Shown here piece after piece: positions 53,964 through 62,941 of a stretch of 64,000 nucleotides of DNA. Under the pieces are notes generated by a model. It did not search any database, was not told where the DNA came from, and saw nothing but the letters and a program-made list of their open reading frames with translations. The position numbers were made by a program, and so were the translations under genes. Location: NCBI GenBank assembly GCA_963746105.1, contig CAVVAD010000002.1:445047-509046 (forward strand). The letters are read 5' to 3'. Position 1 is the stretch's first letter. Each line of letters begins with the position of its first letter. The stretch comes from an uncultured beta proteobacterium (GTDB lineage: Bacteria; Pseudomonadota; Gammaproteobacteria; Burkholderiales; Gallionellaceae).

Positions 53964-56414
53964 ATGCCGATTCAGAACCTGACTCCCGCCGAGCTGCGCC
54001 TCACCATCGCTGCCGATACGCTGGGCTACAGCGACACCTCCGAATTGCTGGAGCAGGCGCTGCCGTGGATCGGGCAGCAGCGCGCCGAGGAAGCCGCGCG
54101 CTTCGGGCTGGGCATCGATCAGCCGGACTACAACCTGTTCGTACTGGGCGAGGTCGGCAGCGGGCGCTCGTCACTGCTGAAGCAGGCGATGCAGGCCAGC
54201 GCCGCCAAGCGGGCGGCGCCGCCCGATCTGTGCTATCTGCACAACTTCGATGCGCCGGAACGGCCGCGCGCGCTGCGCCTGCCTGCCGGGCAGGGACGGC
54301 TGCTGCGCCAGCTGATGGCGCAGATGACAAAATCGCTGCAGACGGAAATACCGCTGCGCCTGGACGGGCAGGATTACAAGGTCGAAAGCAAGCGCATCGA
54401 GAAGGCCCACAAGGCCGAGGAAGCCCAGGCCTACGCCGAGCTTGAGGCATTTGCCGAGGCGCGCAGCTTCACAATGCACCGCGAGACCGGGCACATCCTG
54501 TTCACGCTGATCGGGAAAAAAGGCCGCGCCTACACCGAGGACGAAGTGCTTGCACTGCCGAAGACGCGCCGCGCCGGGATCGCCACGGCCGAACAGGAAC
54601 TGCGCACCGAGATCGCCCGCTATTTCGACAAGACCCGGCCGATGGAGCGGGCCATGAACGAGGCGCTGGCGGCGCTGCGGCGCCAGGTGGTCAAGCCGCT
54701 GCTGGAGCACGAACTGCAGGAGATCCGCGTCGCGCTGAAGAAGCAGATCAAGGATAGCGTCAAGCTGAACGCCTACCTGGATCAGGTGATGCATGACGTG
54801 CTCGAGAACCTGGAGCTGTTCAAGCCTGCCGATAGCGACGACGAAGTCAGGCGCGAGGCATTGACCGCGGTGCTGTCGCGCCACCGCGTCAACCTGGTGG
54901 TCGACAACGGCGGGCTGGAGGGCGCGCCGGTGATCATCGAAGACAACCCGCTGTTCCGCTCGCTGTTCGGCAGCATCGAATACCAGTCCGAGAGCGACGT
55001 GCTGATGACCGATTTTTCGCGGATACGCGCCGGCAGCCTGCACCGCGCGCACGGCGGTTTCCTGATGCTGCATATGCGCGACCTGCTGGCCGACCCGCTG
55101 GTGTGGGAGAAGCTGCGGCGTTTTCTGCGCAGCGGCAGGCTGCAGATCGAGGAACCGGGCACCGCGTATGCGCCTATTGCCGCCGTTTCGCTGGTGCCGG
55201 AGGCAGTGGATGTCGAAACCAAGATCATCATGATAGGTTCGCGCGAACAGTATTATGAATTGCAGGAGGAAGACCCCGAGTTCGCGCGCCGCTTCCGCGT
55301 CAAGGTGGATTTCGCCGAAAGTTTCGCGTCCGGCGCCGAGGCCCGCCGCGCCACGGCGATCTTCGTCGCACATGCCTGCCGCGACTTGGGGCTGCCGCAT
55401 TTTTCCGCCGCCGCGGTCGCACGACTGCTCGAACACAGCCACCGCGAGGTGGACGACCAGACGCGCCAGAGCGCGATCTTCGCCCGCGCCGAGGCGCTGG
55501 TGGTGGAAAGCGCGACACTGTGCACTGCGCGTGCAGGCCGCCTGGTCGAGGAAGCGGATGTAGCGGCGGCACTCACGGCGCGCACCCGGCGCCACGATTA
55601 CCCCGACCAGCGCATGCAGGAATCATTCGTCAAAGGCGAAGTGCTGATCGCCTTGCACGGCGAACAGGTGGGGCGGCTCAACGGCCTGACCCAGATCGAC
55701 CAGGGCGATTACCGTTTCGGCTTCCCGGTGCGCATCACGGCGCGCAGCTTTGCCGGCGAGGACGGCCTGCTCAACATCGAGCGCGAAGTCGAGATGTCCG
55801 GACCGATCCACGACAAGGGCGTGCTGATCCTGCAGAACTACCTGTCCGCGCTGTTTTCAGCCAATGCGCCGCTGGCGCTGGACGCGTCCATCGTGTTCGA
55901 ACAGGAATATCACGGCGTCGAGGGCGATTCCGCTTCCTGCGCCGAACTTTTCGTGCTGCTCTCCTCGCTGTCCGGTCTGGCGCTGAAGCAGGGCATCGCG
56001 GTGACCGGCGCGGTCAACCAGCACGGCGACGTGCTGCCGGTGGGTGGCATCAACGAGAAGATCGAGGGATATTTCCGCATCTGTGCAAAAGCCGGGCTGG
56101 ACGGCAGCCAGGGCGTGCTGATCCCGCAGCGCAACCGCCGCCACTTGATGCTGGACCGCACCGTGATCGACGCGGTCGCCAGCGGCCTGTTCCATATCCA
56201 CACCGCGGAACATGCCGGCGAGGGCATCGAACTGCTGACCGGATGCCCGTTCGGCGCCGCCGATGCAGCCGGCATCTATCCGCCGGACAGCGTGCTGGGA
56301 AAAGCCCAGGCCACGCTGCTGGCCTATCGCCGCGCCTGCCAGGCCTCCGGCCACCACGAGCCCGAACATGCGAAGACTGAGCATCCAAAATCCGGACACA
56401 AGCGTGTGCGTTGA
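53964..56414 (+). CDS. Lon-like (LonB/LonC-type AAA plus S16) protease
   Basis: YNLFVLGEVGSGRS, AGSLHRAHGGFL, FARRFRVKVDF, HDKGVLIL, EGDSASCAEL (catalytic Ser), GGINEKIEG (catalytic Lys). Confidence 0.92.
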   Translation: MPIQNLTPAELRLTIAADTLGYSDTSELLEQALPWIGQQRAEEAARFGLGIDQPDYNLFVLGEVGSGRSSLLKQAMQASAAKRAAPPDLCYLHNFDAPERPRALRLPAGQGRLLRQLMAQMTKSLQTEIPLRLDGQDYKVESKRIEKAHKAEEAQAYAELEAFAEARSFTMHRETGHILFTLIGKKGRAYTEDEVLALPKTRRAGIATAEQELRTEIARYFDKTRPMERAMNEALAALRRQVVKPLLEHELQEIRVALKKQIKDSVKLNAYLDQVMHDVLENLELFKPADSDDEVRREALTAVLSRHRVNLVVDNGGLEGAPVIIEDNPLFRSLFGSIEYQSESDVLMTDFSRIRAGSLHRAHGGFLMLHMRDLLADPLVWEKLRRFLRSGRLQIEEPGTAYAPIAAVSLVPEAVDVETKIIMIGSREQYYELQEEDPEFARRFRVKVDFAESFASGAEARRATAIFVAHACRDLGLPHFSAAAVARLLEHSHREVDDQTRQSAIFARAEALVVESATLCTARAGRLVEEADVAAALTARTRRHDYPDQRMQESFVKGEVLIALHGEQVGRLNGLTQIDQGDYRFGFPVRITARSFAGEDGLLNIEREVEMSGPIHDKGVLILQNYLSALFSANAPLALDASIVFEQEYHGVEGDSASCAELFVLLSSLSGLALKQGIAVTGAVNQHGDVLPVGGINEKIEGYFRICAKAGLDGSQGVLIPQRNRRHLMLDRTVIDAVASGLFHIHTAEHAGEGIELLTGCPFGAADAAGIYPPDSVLGKAQATLLAYRRACQASGHHEPEHAKTEHPKSGHKRVR

Positions 56415-56434
56415 ACCGGCAAGCAGGTTAAAAG

Positions 56435-57265
56435 ATGGCTACTGACAATCCAATCGGTGTGTTCGATTCCGGCGTCGGCGGATTGTCGGTGCTGCGCGAA
56501 ATCCGCCGTGAACTGCCGGGCGAGCATCTGCTGTATGTAGCCGATTCCGGCCATGCGCCGTATGGCGACAAACCCGCCGAGTTGATCGAGGCCAGGGCTG
56601 TCGCGATCGTCGAATTTCTGATCAGCCAGCGCGCCAAGGCCATCGTCGTGGCCTGCAATACCGCAACCGGGGTGGCGATCCGGATGCTGCGCGCAAGGTA
56701 TGCACTGCCCATCATTGCGATGGAACCCGCGGTCAAACCGGCGGCGGCGCACACCCGGTCAGGCGTGGTCGGCGTGCTCGCGACCAGCAGGACGATCGCC
56801 AGCGACAACTTTGCGCGATTGCACCAACGCTTCGGCACCGGGGTGAAGATCCTGATGCAGGCTTGTCCGGGGCTGGTCGAACAGGTGGAAGCCGGCGATC
56901 TGCAGGGTGCGAGCACCCGTGCATTGATCGAGCGCTATGTAGCCCCGCTGGTGGCGCAGGGGGCAGACAGCCTCGTGCTGGGATGCTCGCACTACCCCTT
57001 CCTCGCCGCGCTGATCCGGGAGATAGCCGGACCTGGCGTGGCTATCATCGACCCATCGCCCGCGATCGCGCGCGAGCTTCGCCGCCGGCTGACGGCTGCC
57101 CGGCTGTTATCGAACGCAAACCGTGGCGGCACAGAGCAGTTCTGGACCAGTTCCACACCGGAAGCAAGCCGGCCGGTGATCGCCCAATTGTGGCAGGCGA
57201 ACATAGCCATGCAACGTTTGCCGGACAATCCGGATGCGGCCGCCAGGCCACACGCACGCCGCTGA
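56435..57265 (+). CDS. murI: Glutamate racemase
   Basis: IGVFDSGVGGLSV, PYGDK, VACNTAT, LGCSHYP. Confidence 0.96.
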   Translation: MATDNPIGVFDSGVGGLSVLREIRRELPGEHLLYVADSGHAPYGDKPAELIEARAVAIVEFLISQRAKAIVVACNTATGVAIRMLRARYALPIIAMEPAVKPAAAHTRSGVVGVLATSRTIASDNFARLHQRFGTGVKILMQACPGLVEQVEAGDLQGASTRALIERYVAPLVAQGADSLVLGCSHYPFLAALIREIAGPGVAIIDPSPAIARELRRRLTAARLLSNANRGGTEQFWTSSTPEASRPVIAQLWQANIAMQRLPDNPDAAARPHARR

Positions 57266-57406
57266 GAAATTACGCTTTTCACGGGTATTCAGTAAACTGG
57301 CGCGCGCGACATCCGAATCCGCCCTGGCTGCATTGTTTGCGATGCCCCGTGTTGAAAACCAAACGGCAGATGGTATCCAGGGCACGCGGCTATAAGGGGG
57401 AAGAAG

Positions 57407-57676
57407 ATGCAACTATTCAAATCGGCAGCGTTGCTTGCGTTTCTTTTCACCGCAACACCGGCTCTTGCTTTTGACGAACAGCGCGAAGGATTCATCTTGG
57501 GTTTCGGCGCCGGCTTCCATATCCTCAAGGAAGATGATCCGGGCACCGGCACCTGGTCGAGGTCCGCAGGCGGCCTGGCCACCTCCCTCAAAATTGGTGC
57601 CGGGATCACCAATCAGGTCGCCGTTTATTACGTGAGAAACGCTTCCTGTCCACCAGCATGCCGAGAGCCGGTTTGA
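57407..57676 (+). pseudogene. Truncated exported beta-barrel-like gene (5' fragment only)
   Basis: AAGAAG RBS, signal peptide ALA-F, FDEQREGFILGFGAG and GLATSLKIGAGITNQ strands, then an abrupt switch to non-barrel sequence and stop after 89 aa. Confidence 0.55.
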
Positions 57677-58020
57677 ACCTCAGATCATCGTCGCTTCAGT
57701 TCACGGTCAATTATCTTTTCTGTTAGCTTATATTTCTGCCGGCAAATGATATCTTCTGCCGGATATCTGGGCACAGGCAGACAGCAGCCTGCAAAACCGT
57801 TCAGACCAAAGCCAAATCCATCAATGTTTCGATGAGCTGCCGGCGATGTAAACCCGCGCCGCCGCGTGCGCGACCAATTTCCGGCTGGCCATATATCCGT
57901 GCCCGGGAAGTCTTTGGGAAGCATGAACAGGGAATCACGCAAGGGATACGGCATCGGCAAGGCCGGAGGAAAATGCCGGGCGAGCGTTGCCGCAGCGCAG
58001 CATCGCGGCCGGAAGCCAGG

Positions 58021-58308
58021 TCAATCTTTGCTTATGCGCGGTGGCAAACCTTCCGCCGGCTCACCGGTTTCCGGATCTATCCAGGTGGAAATGCCAATCT
58101 CCTCTTCCGCGTCTGCCAGCGACTCACCCTCTTCAAACCCGCCATCGTTCTGGCCTTCCATGTCCTGTAGCGCCCCAAGTCGCGTGGCAAAAGGGCCGTA
58201 CAGCTTTTCGGTGAGTTTGTCCTGCCAATAGAATCCATCCGGCCTTTCCACTATCCGCGCAGGGTTTTCTTCGGATGGGACGGGTGCAACAGGTTTGTGC
58301 GTGGTCAT
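58021..58308 (-). CDS. Small acidic hypothetical protein
   Basis: GGAGG RBS; IVERPDGFYW...YGPFAT...GESLADAEEEIGISTWIDPETGEPAE. Confidence 0.8.
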   Translation of the reverse strand: MTTHKPVAPVPSEENPARIVERPDGFYWQDKLTEKLYGPFATRLGALQDMEGQNDGGFEEGESLADAEEEIGISTWIDPETGEPAEGLPPRISKD

Positions 58309-58359
58309 CGTTACCTCCAGCAGGTGCAAGGCGTGCAGGCAGACGACCTGTCAACGCCG

Positions 58360-58905
58360 TTAGAGCTTGATGAAATGCTCCCGATAATGCTTCATCTCGC
58401 TGATCGATTCGTAGATATCGGCCAGCGCCTCGTGTTTGCCGTGTTTTTTGACACCCTGTGCGATGCCGGGTTTCCAGCGCTTGGCCAGTTCCTTGAGCGT
58501 GCTGACGTCAAGGTTACGGTAATGGAAATATTCCTCGAGCTTCGGCATCCAGCGCGCCAGGAAACGGCGATCCTGGCAGATCGAGTTGCCGCACATCGGC
58601 GAAGTGCGGATCGGTACGTAATCCTTGAGGAATTCGATCATCTGCTCCTCGACCATCGCTTCGTTCAGCGTGGACGCTTTTACCTTTTCGATCAGCCCGG
58701 ATTTGGCGTGAGTGGATTTATTCCATGCATCCATGCCGTCCAGCACGCTGTCGGGCTGATTCAACACCAGCACCGGTGCCTCGGCAATGGTCTCCAGATC
58801 ATTGTCGGTAATCACCAGCGCAACTTCGATCACACGGTCGGTATCCGGGACCAGACCAGTCATTTCCATGTCTATCCAGATAAGGTAGTTTTGGTTTTGT
58901 GCCAT
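58360..58905 (-). CDS. orn: Oligoribonuclease
   Basis: [48 protein letters not shown]. Confidence 0.98.
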   Translation of the reverse strand: MAQNQNYLIWIDMEMTGLVPDTDRVIEVALVITDNDLETIAEAPVLVLNQPDSVLDGMDAWNKSTHAKSGLIEKVKASTLNEAMVEEQMIEFLKDYVPIRTSPMCGNSICQDRRFLARWMPKLEEYFHYRNLDVSTLKELAKRWKPGIAQGVKKHGKHEALADIYESISEMKHYREHFIKL

Positions 58906-58987
58906 AATTCGCGCGTCTGATAATTGAACGGTAGGGCACACATTGTGTCATAACCGCGCCTGTTGCGAACACTGATATAAACCAACC

Positions 58988-60238
58988 ATGACTGCTACTC
59001 AATTCACTTTTATTTTCATCGCCGCACTGGCTGTGACCACACTCGCCAAGCTGTGGCTGGCGCGCCGTCATCTGGCCCACATCGCGGCACATCGGGCTGG
59101 TGTGCCCGAGGCATTCCATGAAAAAATCCGGCTGGCCGATCATCAGAAGGCGGCCGACTACACCATGGCCAAGACCCGCTTCGACATGCTGGGGGCGCTG
59201 TTCGATGCCGCCCTGTTGCTGGCGTTTACCGTCGCGGGCGGTGTCCAGTTCGTTGCAGATCAATGCAACCGCTGGTTCCACACCCCGATCATGCAGGGCA
59301 TCTCCACCCTGGTTGCAGTGCTGATACTCTACTCTTTGCTGGAAGCACCATTCAATATCTATCGCACCTTCGTCATCGAAGCGCGTTTCGGTTTCAACAA
59401 GATGACTTTCAAACTGTATCTGCTGGACGCGCTGAAAGCCGCTTTGATCGGCGCCGCTCTCGGCCTGCCATTGCTGTTCGGCGTGCTGTGGCTGATGCAG
59501 CGCATGGGAACTTACTGGTGGCTGTATGTGTGGCTGGTATGGGTGGTGTTCAACCTGTTGCTGCTGTTCATCTATCCGTCCTTCATCGCGCCGCTGTTCA
59601 ATAAATTTTCGCCACTGCAGGATGATGCGATGAAATCGCGCATCGAAACGCTGCTGGCCAAATGCGGCTTCACCGCGCAGGGACTGTTCGTGATGGACGG
59701 CTCGAAACGCAGCGCTCACGGCAATGCCTATTTCACCGGCTTCGGCAAGACCAAGCGCATCGTGTTCTTCGACACGCTGCTGGAACGCCTGAGCATGAGC
59801 GAAATCGAGGCGGTGCTGGCGCACGAACTCGGACATTTCAAACGCCGCCATGTGGTGAAACGCATCGCGGCGACCTTTGCACTGAGCCTGGGTTTCCTGT
59901 GGCTGCTCGGCCAGTTGATGCAAACCGCGTGGTTCTACCGGGGCCTAGGGGTCAGCACACCATCCACCGCGATCGCGTTGCTGCTGTTATTCATGGTGCT
60001 GCCAGTATTCAGTTTTTTGCTTGGGCCGGTAATGTCGGCCTATTCGCGCAAACATGAATTCGAGGCAGATGCCTACGCTGCCGGGCAGACCGACGCCGCC
60101 GACCTGGTCAACGCGCTGGTCAAGCTGTATCAGGACAACGCGGCCACGCTAACGCCCGACCCGCTGTATTCGAGGTTTTACGATTCGCATCCGCCTGCGA
60201 TGGTGCGCATCACTCATCTTCAGGCTCTGCAGGCCTGA
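58988..60238 (+). CDS. M48 family (Ste24/CAAX-type) membrane metallopeptidase
   Basis: MDGSKRSAHGNAYFTGFGKTKRIVFFDTLL, HELGH, RKHEFEAD, YDSHPP. Confidence 0.96.
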   Translation: MTATQFTFIFIAALAVTTLAKLWLARRHLAHIAAHRAGVPEAFHEKIRLADHQKAADYTMAKTRFDMLGALFDAALLLAFTVAGGVQFVADQCNRWFHTPIMQGISTLVAVLILYSLLEAPFNIYRTFVIEARFGFNKMTFKLYLLDALKAALIGAALGLPLLFGVLWLMQRMGTYWWLYVWLVWVVFNLLLLFIYPSFIAPLFNKFSPLQDDAMKSRIETLLAKCGFTAQGLFVMDGSKRSAHGNAYFTGFGKTKRIVFFDTLLERLSMSEIEAVLAHELGHFKRRHVVKRIAATFALSLGFLWLLGQLMQTAWFYRGLGVSTPSTAIALLLLFMVLPVFSFLLGPVMSAYSRKHEFEADAYAAGQTDAADLVNALVKLYQDNAATLTPDPLYSRFYDSHPPAMVRITHLQALQA

Positions 60239-60428
60239 CCGGCCTGCCCCGGATGAGTTATGATGAACCAGGTGCTGGAATCAATCGCGGCGTTCGCTTT
60301 TCCCGTGATCATGCTGTCGAGTCTGTTGGCGCGCCACAGCGTTTCCCGCGCTGTGGACACACCTCTCTACCAGCCAACTTGCAACTTGTAGCATAATTGG
60401 ATATCCGATCAATTCAAGTGAGTCACAT

Positions 60429-60767
60429 ATGAACTCTGCAAACGACTTGACCAGCAGGCAATGCAAGCCCAGTACGCCGGGCTCGCTTCCGCTATCAAAC
60501 TCCGAGGCGGACAAGCTGATGCGGCAACTCGAAGGCTGGAAACATTACGATCACCTTATCGGGAAGACTTACCATTTCAAGAATTACTACGAGACCATCG
60601 CATTCGTCAACGCCGTCGCATGGCTTTCACACGGCGAAGACCACCACCCGGAACTCACCGTCACCTATAACAGCTGCCAGGTCGAATATACCACCCACTC
60701 GATCCACGGCCTTTCTGAAAATGACTTCATCTGCGCTGCAAAAGTGGACGCGCTGTTCAAGATTTGA
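60429..60767 (+). CDS. phhB: Pterin-4-alpha-carbinolamine dehydratase
   Basis: FKNYYETIAFVN, EDHHPEL, THSIHGLSENDFICAAKVD. Confidence 0.93.
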   Translation: MNSANDLTSRQCKPSTPGSLPLSNSEADKLMRQLEGWKHYDHLIGKTYHFKNYYETIAFVNAVAWLSHGEDHHPELTVTYNSCQVEYTTHSIHGLSENDFICAAKVDALFKI

Positions 60768-61906
60768 GCGAGCTTTTGCACGGCCAGGTTATCGCCGCAT
60801 TCGGCCGCCAGTATCTGGTGCGGCTGGATGACGGCAGCGCAATAGCCTGCCTGACGCGCGGCAAAAAAAGTGAAGTGGCCTGCGGCGATCTGGTGGAAGT
60901 CAAACGCACCGCAGCAGCCACATCCGCAAATGACACAGGCGCACAGGGCGTAATCGAACATATCGCACCGCGCCACTCGCTGCTGCATCGCTCGGATGCG
61001 TTCCGCGAAAAACTCATCGCCGCCAACGTCACCCAGATCATCGTCGTAGTCGCCGCCGAACCTTCGTTCAGCGACGAACTGCTGGCACGTTGTCTGGTCG
61101 CGGCTTTCGATCAGAAACTCGAGGTGCTGATCGTGCTGAACAAATGCGACCTGCCCGATGCCGCAGCCGCCGCGCGCAAACGGCTGATCCCCTATTCCGC
61201 CATCGGCTATCGCGTGCTGGAACTCAGTGCCAAAAATCCTACCAGCCCCTCCGGGCTGGAAAATGCTGAACAACCTGCCCGTCGTAAACTGGAGGGACGA
61301 TTGCCGCCTGTCCCCGAAGGGGGGAGGATTGTGGAGGGGGTGGATGCCCTGCGCCCATTCCTGATTGGCCACACCAGCGTGCTGGTTGGGCAATCCGGCA
61401 TGGGCAAATCCACGCTGATCAATGCGCTGCTGCCCGATGCACAGGCCGCCACCCGTGAGATATCCGCGGTGCTGGATTCCGGCAAGCACACCACCACCCA
61501 CGCGAGGCTGTACCGGATTGATGATGGCGCGGCTGCGACACGTTACCGCGAAGCGGCCGATTGCACCCGCAAGGAGTACGCCGGCGGGTACCCGGCAGCT
61601 TCGCTGCCACCCTACCGCAACGTGAACAGCCGCCAGACACCCATCCCTCACCAGGAGGCTCCGCCACACCGTGTCGGGGTGTCCGGATTAATCGACTGCC
61701 CCGGTGTGCAAGCCTTCGGCCTGCATCACCTGAGCTTCGGCGGGATAGAACAGGGCTTTGTGGAATTCGCGCAGTATCTCGGCCAGTGCCGCTTTCACGA
61801 CTGCCGCCACGCGCATGAACCCGGCTGCGCGCTGCGCGCTGCGGTTGCACAAGGAAAGATCGCTGCGCGCAGGCTGGAGCTGTTCCGGCAGATCGCCGGC
61901 AAGTAG
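60764..61906 (+). CDS. rsgA: Ribosome small subunit-dependent GTPase RsgA carrying two in-frame insertions
   Basis: TTG start; AANVTQ, VLNKCDL, GQSGMGKSTLIN, GKHTTT, IDCPG, C-terminal CRFHDCRHAHEPGC zinc site. Confidence 0.96.
   Translation: MSELLHGQVIAAFGRQYLVRLDDGSAIACLTRGKKSEVACGDLVEVKRTAAATSANDTGAQGVIEHIAPRHSLLHRSDAFREKLIAANVTQIIVVVAAEPSFSDELLARCLVAAFDQKLEVLIVLNKCDLPDAAAAARKRLIPYSAIGYRVLELSAKNPTSPSGLENAEQPARRKLEGRLPPVPEGGRIVEGVDALRPFLIGHTSVLVGQSGMGKSTLINALLPDAQAATREISAVLDSGKHTTTHARLYRIDDGAAATRYREAADCTRKEYAGGYPAASLPPYRNVNSRQTPIPHQEAPPHRVGVSGLIDCPGVQAFGLHHLSFGGIEQGFVEFAQYLGQCRFHDCRHAHEPGCALRAAVAQGKIAARRLELFRQIAGK
61235..61330 (+). repeat. 96-bp inverted-repeat-bounded in-frame insert 1 in rsgA
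   Basis: Left AATCCTACCAGCCCCTCCGGG vs right CCCCGAAGGGGGGAGGATT; encodes NPTSPSG...PEGGRI. Confidence 0.7.
61526..61678 (+). repeat. In-frame insert 2 in rsgA (about 50 aa), homologous to the MITE internal module
   Basis: GCGGCTGCGACACGTTAC (61529-61546) is the exact reverse complement of GTAACGTGTCGCAGCCGC at 62101-62118 and 62296-62313. Confidence 0.8.
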
Positions 61907-61925
61907 CCGCTCAATATTTGTTTAG

Positions 61926-62389
61926 GGAACCTCTGATTAAGTCCCACATGGCCGCGCACTCGGTTTTGCGGGATGGGATGCAAGGCGCGCGAGGCAGCGA
62001 ATGGTTGATCCCCTTCGTGAGCAGCCCTGACACGGGGCGGCGCAGCCGTGCGGTGCGGGAAGGGCTGCCAGCGGCTGCTCCCGCAACCGGCTGCTACGGA
62101 GTAACGTGTCGCAGCCGCAGTGCAACGCAGCAGACCGCCCGCAAAACCAGTGCCCACAGGGGTTGCGACAAAATCGCGCGCTCGCGGCGTTGTGCTCCTC
62201 GGCATCGTAGTCCCGGCTGCCGCCATGACACGGTGCGCGTAGCGTCGGTGCGGGAGTGGCGGCAGGCGGCTGCTCCCGCAAGCGGCTGCTACGCAGTAAC
62301 GTGTCGCAGCCGCTACCTTCGTCGCACGCCTTGCGATCATCGCGATTTTGTCAGCAACGCGGCTCATGGAGGACTTAATCAGAGGTTCC
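61926..62389. mobile_element. 464-bp non-autonomous IS5-like MITE
   Basis: Perfect 19-bp TIRs GGAACCTCTGATTAAGTCC / GGACTTAATCAGAGGTTCC; 4-bp TTAG direct repeats at 61922-61925 and 62390-62393; no transposase. Confidence 0.9.
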
Positions 62390-62930
62390 TTAGTCCCAAC
62401 TGCCGCCAACCCTGGTGCCCCAGCTTGTTCAGCGTCTCGACATTGTTGTCGGCGATCTGTTCGGCATCCGGAAAAGCCGCCACGGCGCGATCCACACTTG
62501 TTTCGCGCAGCAAGTGCAGCGTGGGGTAAGGCGAACGGTTGGTGTAATTCTCGATGTCTTCCGGCGCGGTGCCGGTGAACTGATACTGTGGATGCAGGCT
62601 GGCAACCTGGAATGCGTCTTTGAATTCCGGTTCTGCCACCGCAAGATCGACCGTGTCCAGAAAATCGTTGAAATCGAGGAAGTCGGTCAGCACATGGGGA
62701 TGGATCAGCAACGTGGTCTCGACCTTGTCGGGATCGGCATGTTGCAGCGCACGCAGCTCTGTCATCAAATCCTCCAGCAAGGCCTCGGGCGTGGTTGCCG
62801 CGCTGACCGCATAGCGTATCTGCTTCCTGACATGCACCGCTTTGGCAAAGGGGCAGAGGTTCAGGCCGATCACGGCTTTTTCCAGCCAATGTTGCGTGAC
62901 GGCGATGACGGTTTCGGCTTCGGTCAGCAT
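62379..62930 (-). CDS. DUF1415 family protein (stop codon supplied by the MITE end)
   Basis: WLEKAVIGLNLCPFAK, ETTLLIHP, FLDFNDFL, QVASLHP, YTNRSPYPTLHLLRE. Confidence 0.9.
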   Translation of the reverse strand: MLTEAETVIAVTQHWLEKAVIGLNLCPFAKAVHVRKQIRYAVSAATTPEALLEDLMTELRALQHADPDKVETTLLIHPHVLTDFLDFNDFLDTVDLAVAEPEFKDAFQVASLHPQYQFTGTAPEDIENYTNRSPYPTLHLLRETSVDRAVAAFPDAEQIADNNVETLNKLGHQGWRQLGLRNL

Positions 62931-62941
62931 CCGGCTTTTTC

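Noticed and set aside
60260-60391. 43-aa ORF upstream of phhB
   Set aside because: Weak RBS and no motif. It probably overlaps the phhB promoter region.
62028-62313. CRISPR-like repeat-spacer structure
   Set aside because: There are only two diverged units of about 90 bp inside TIRs, with no regular array and no cas genes.
61918-62529. ORFs 61918-62529, 61937-62281 and 61795-62889 as a MITE-encoded transposase or cargo protein
   Set aside because: No DDE or HTH features. They are open frames through GC-rich repeat DNA.
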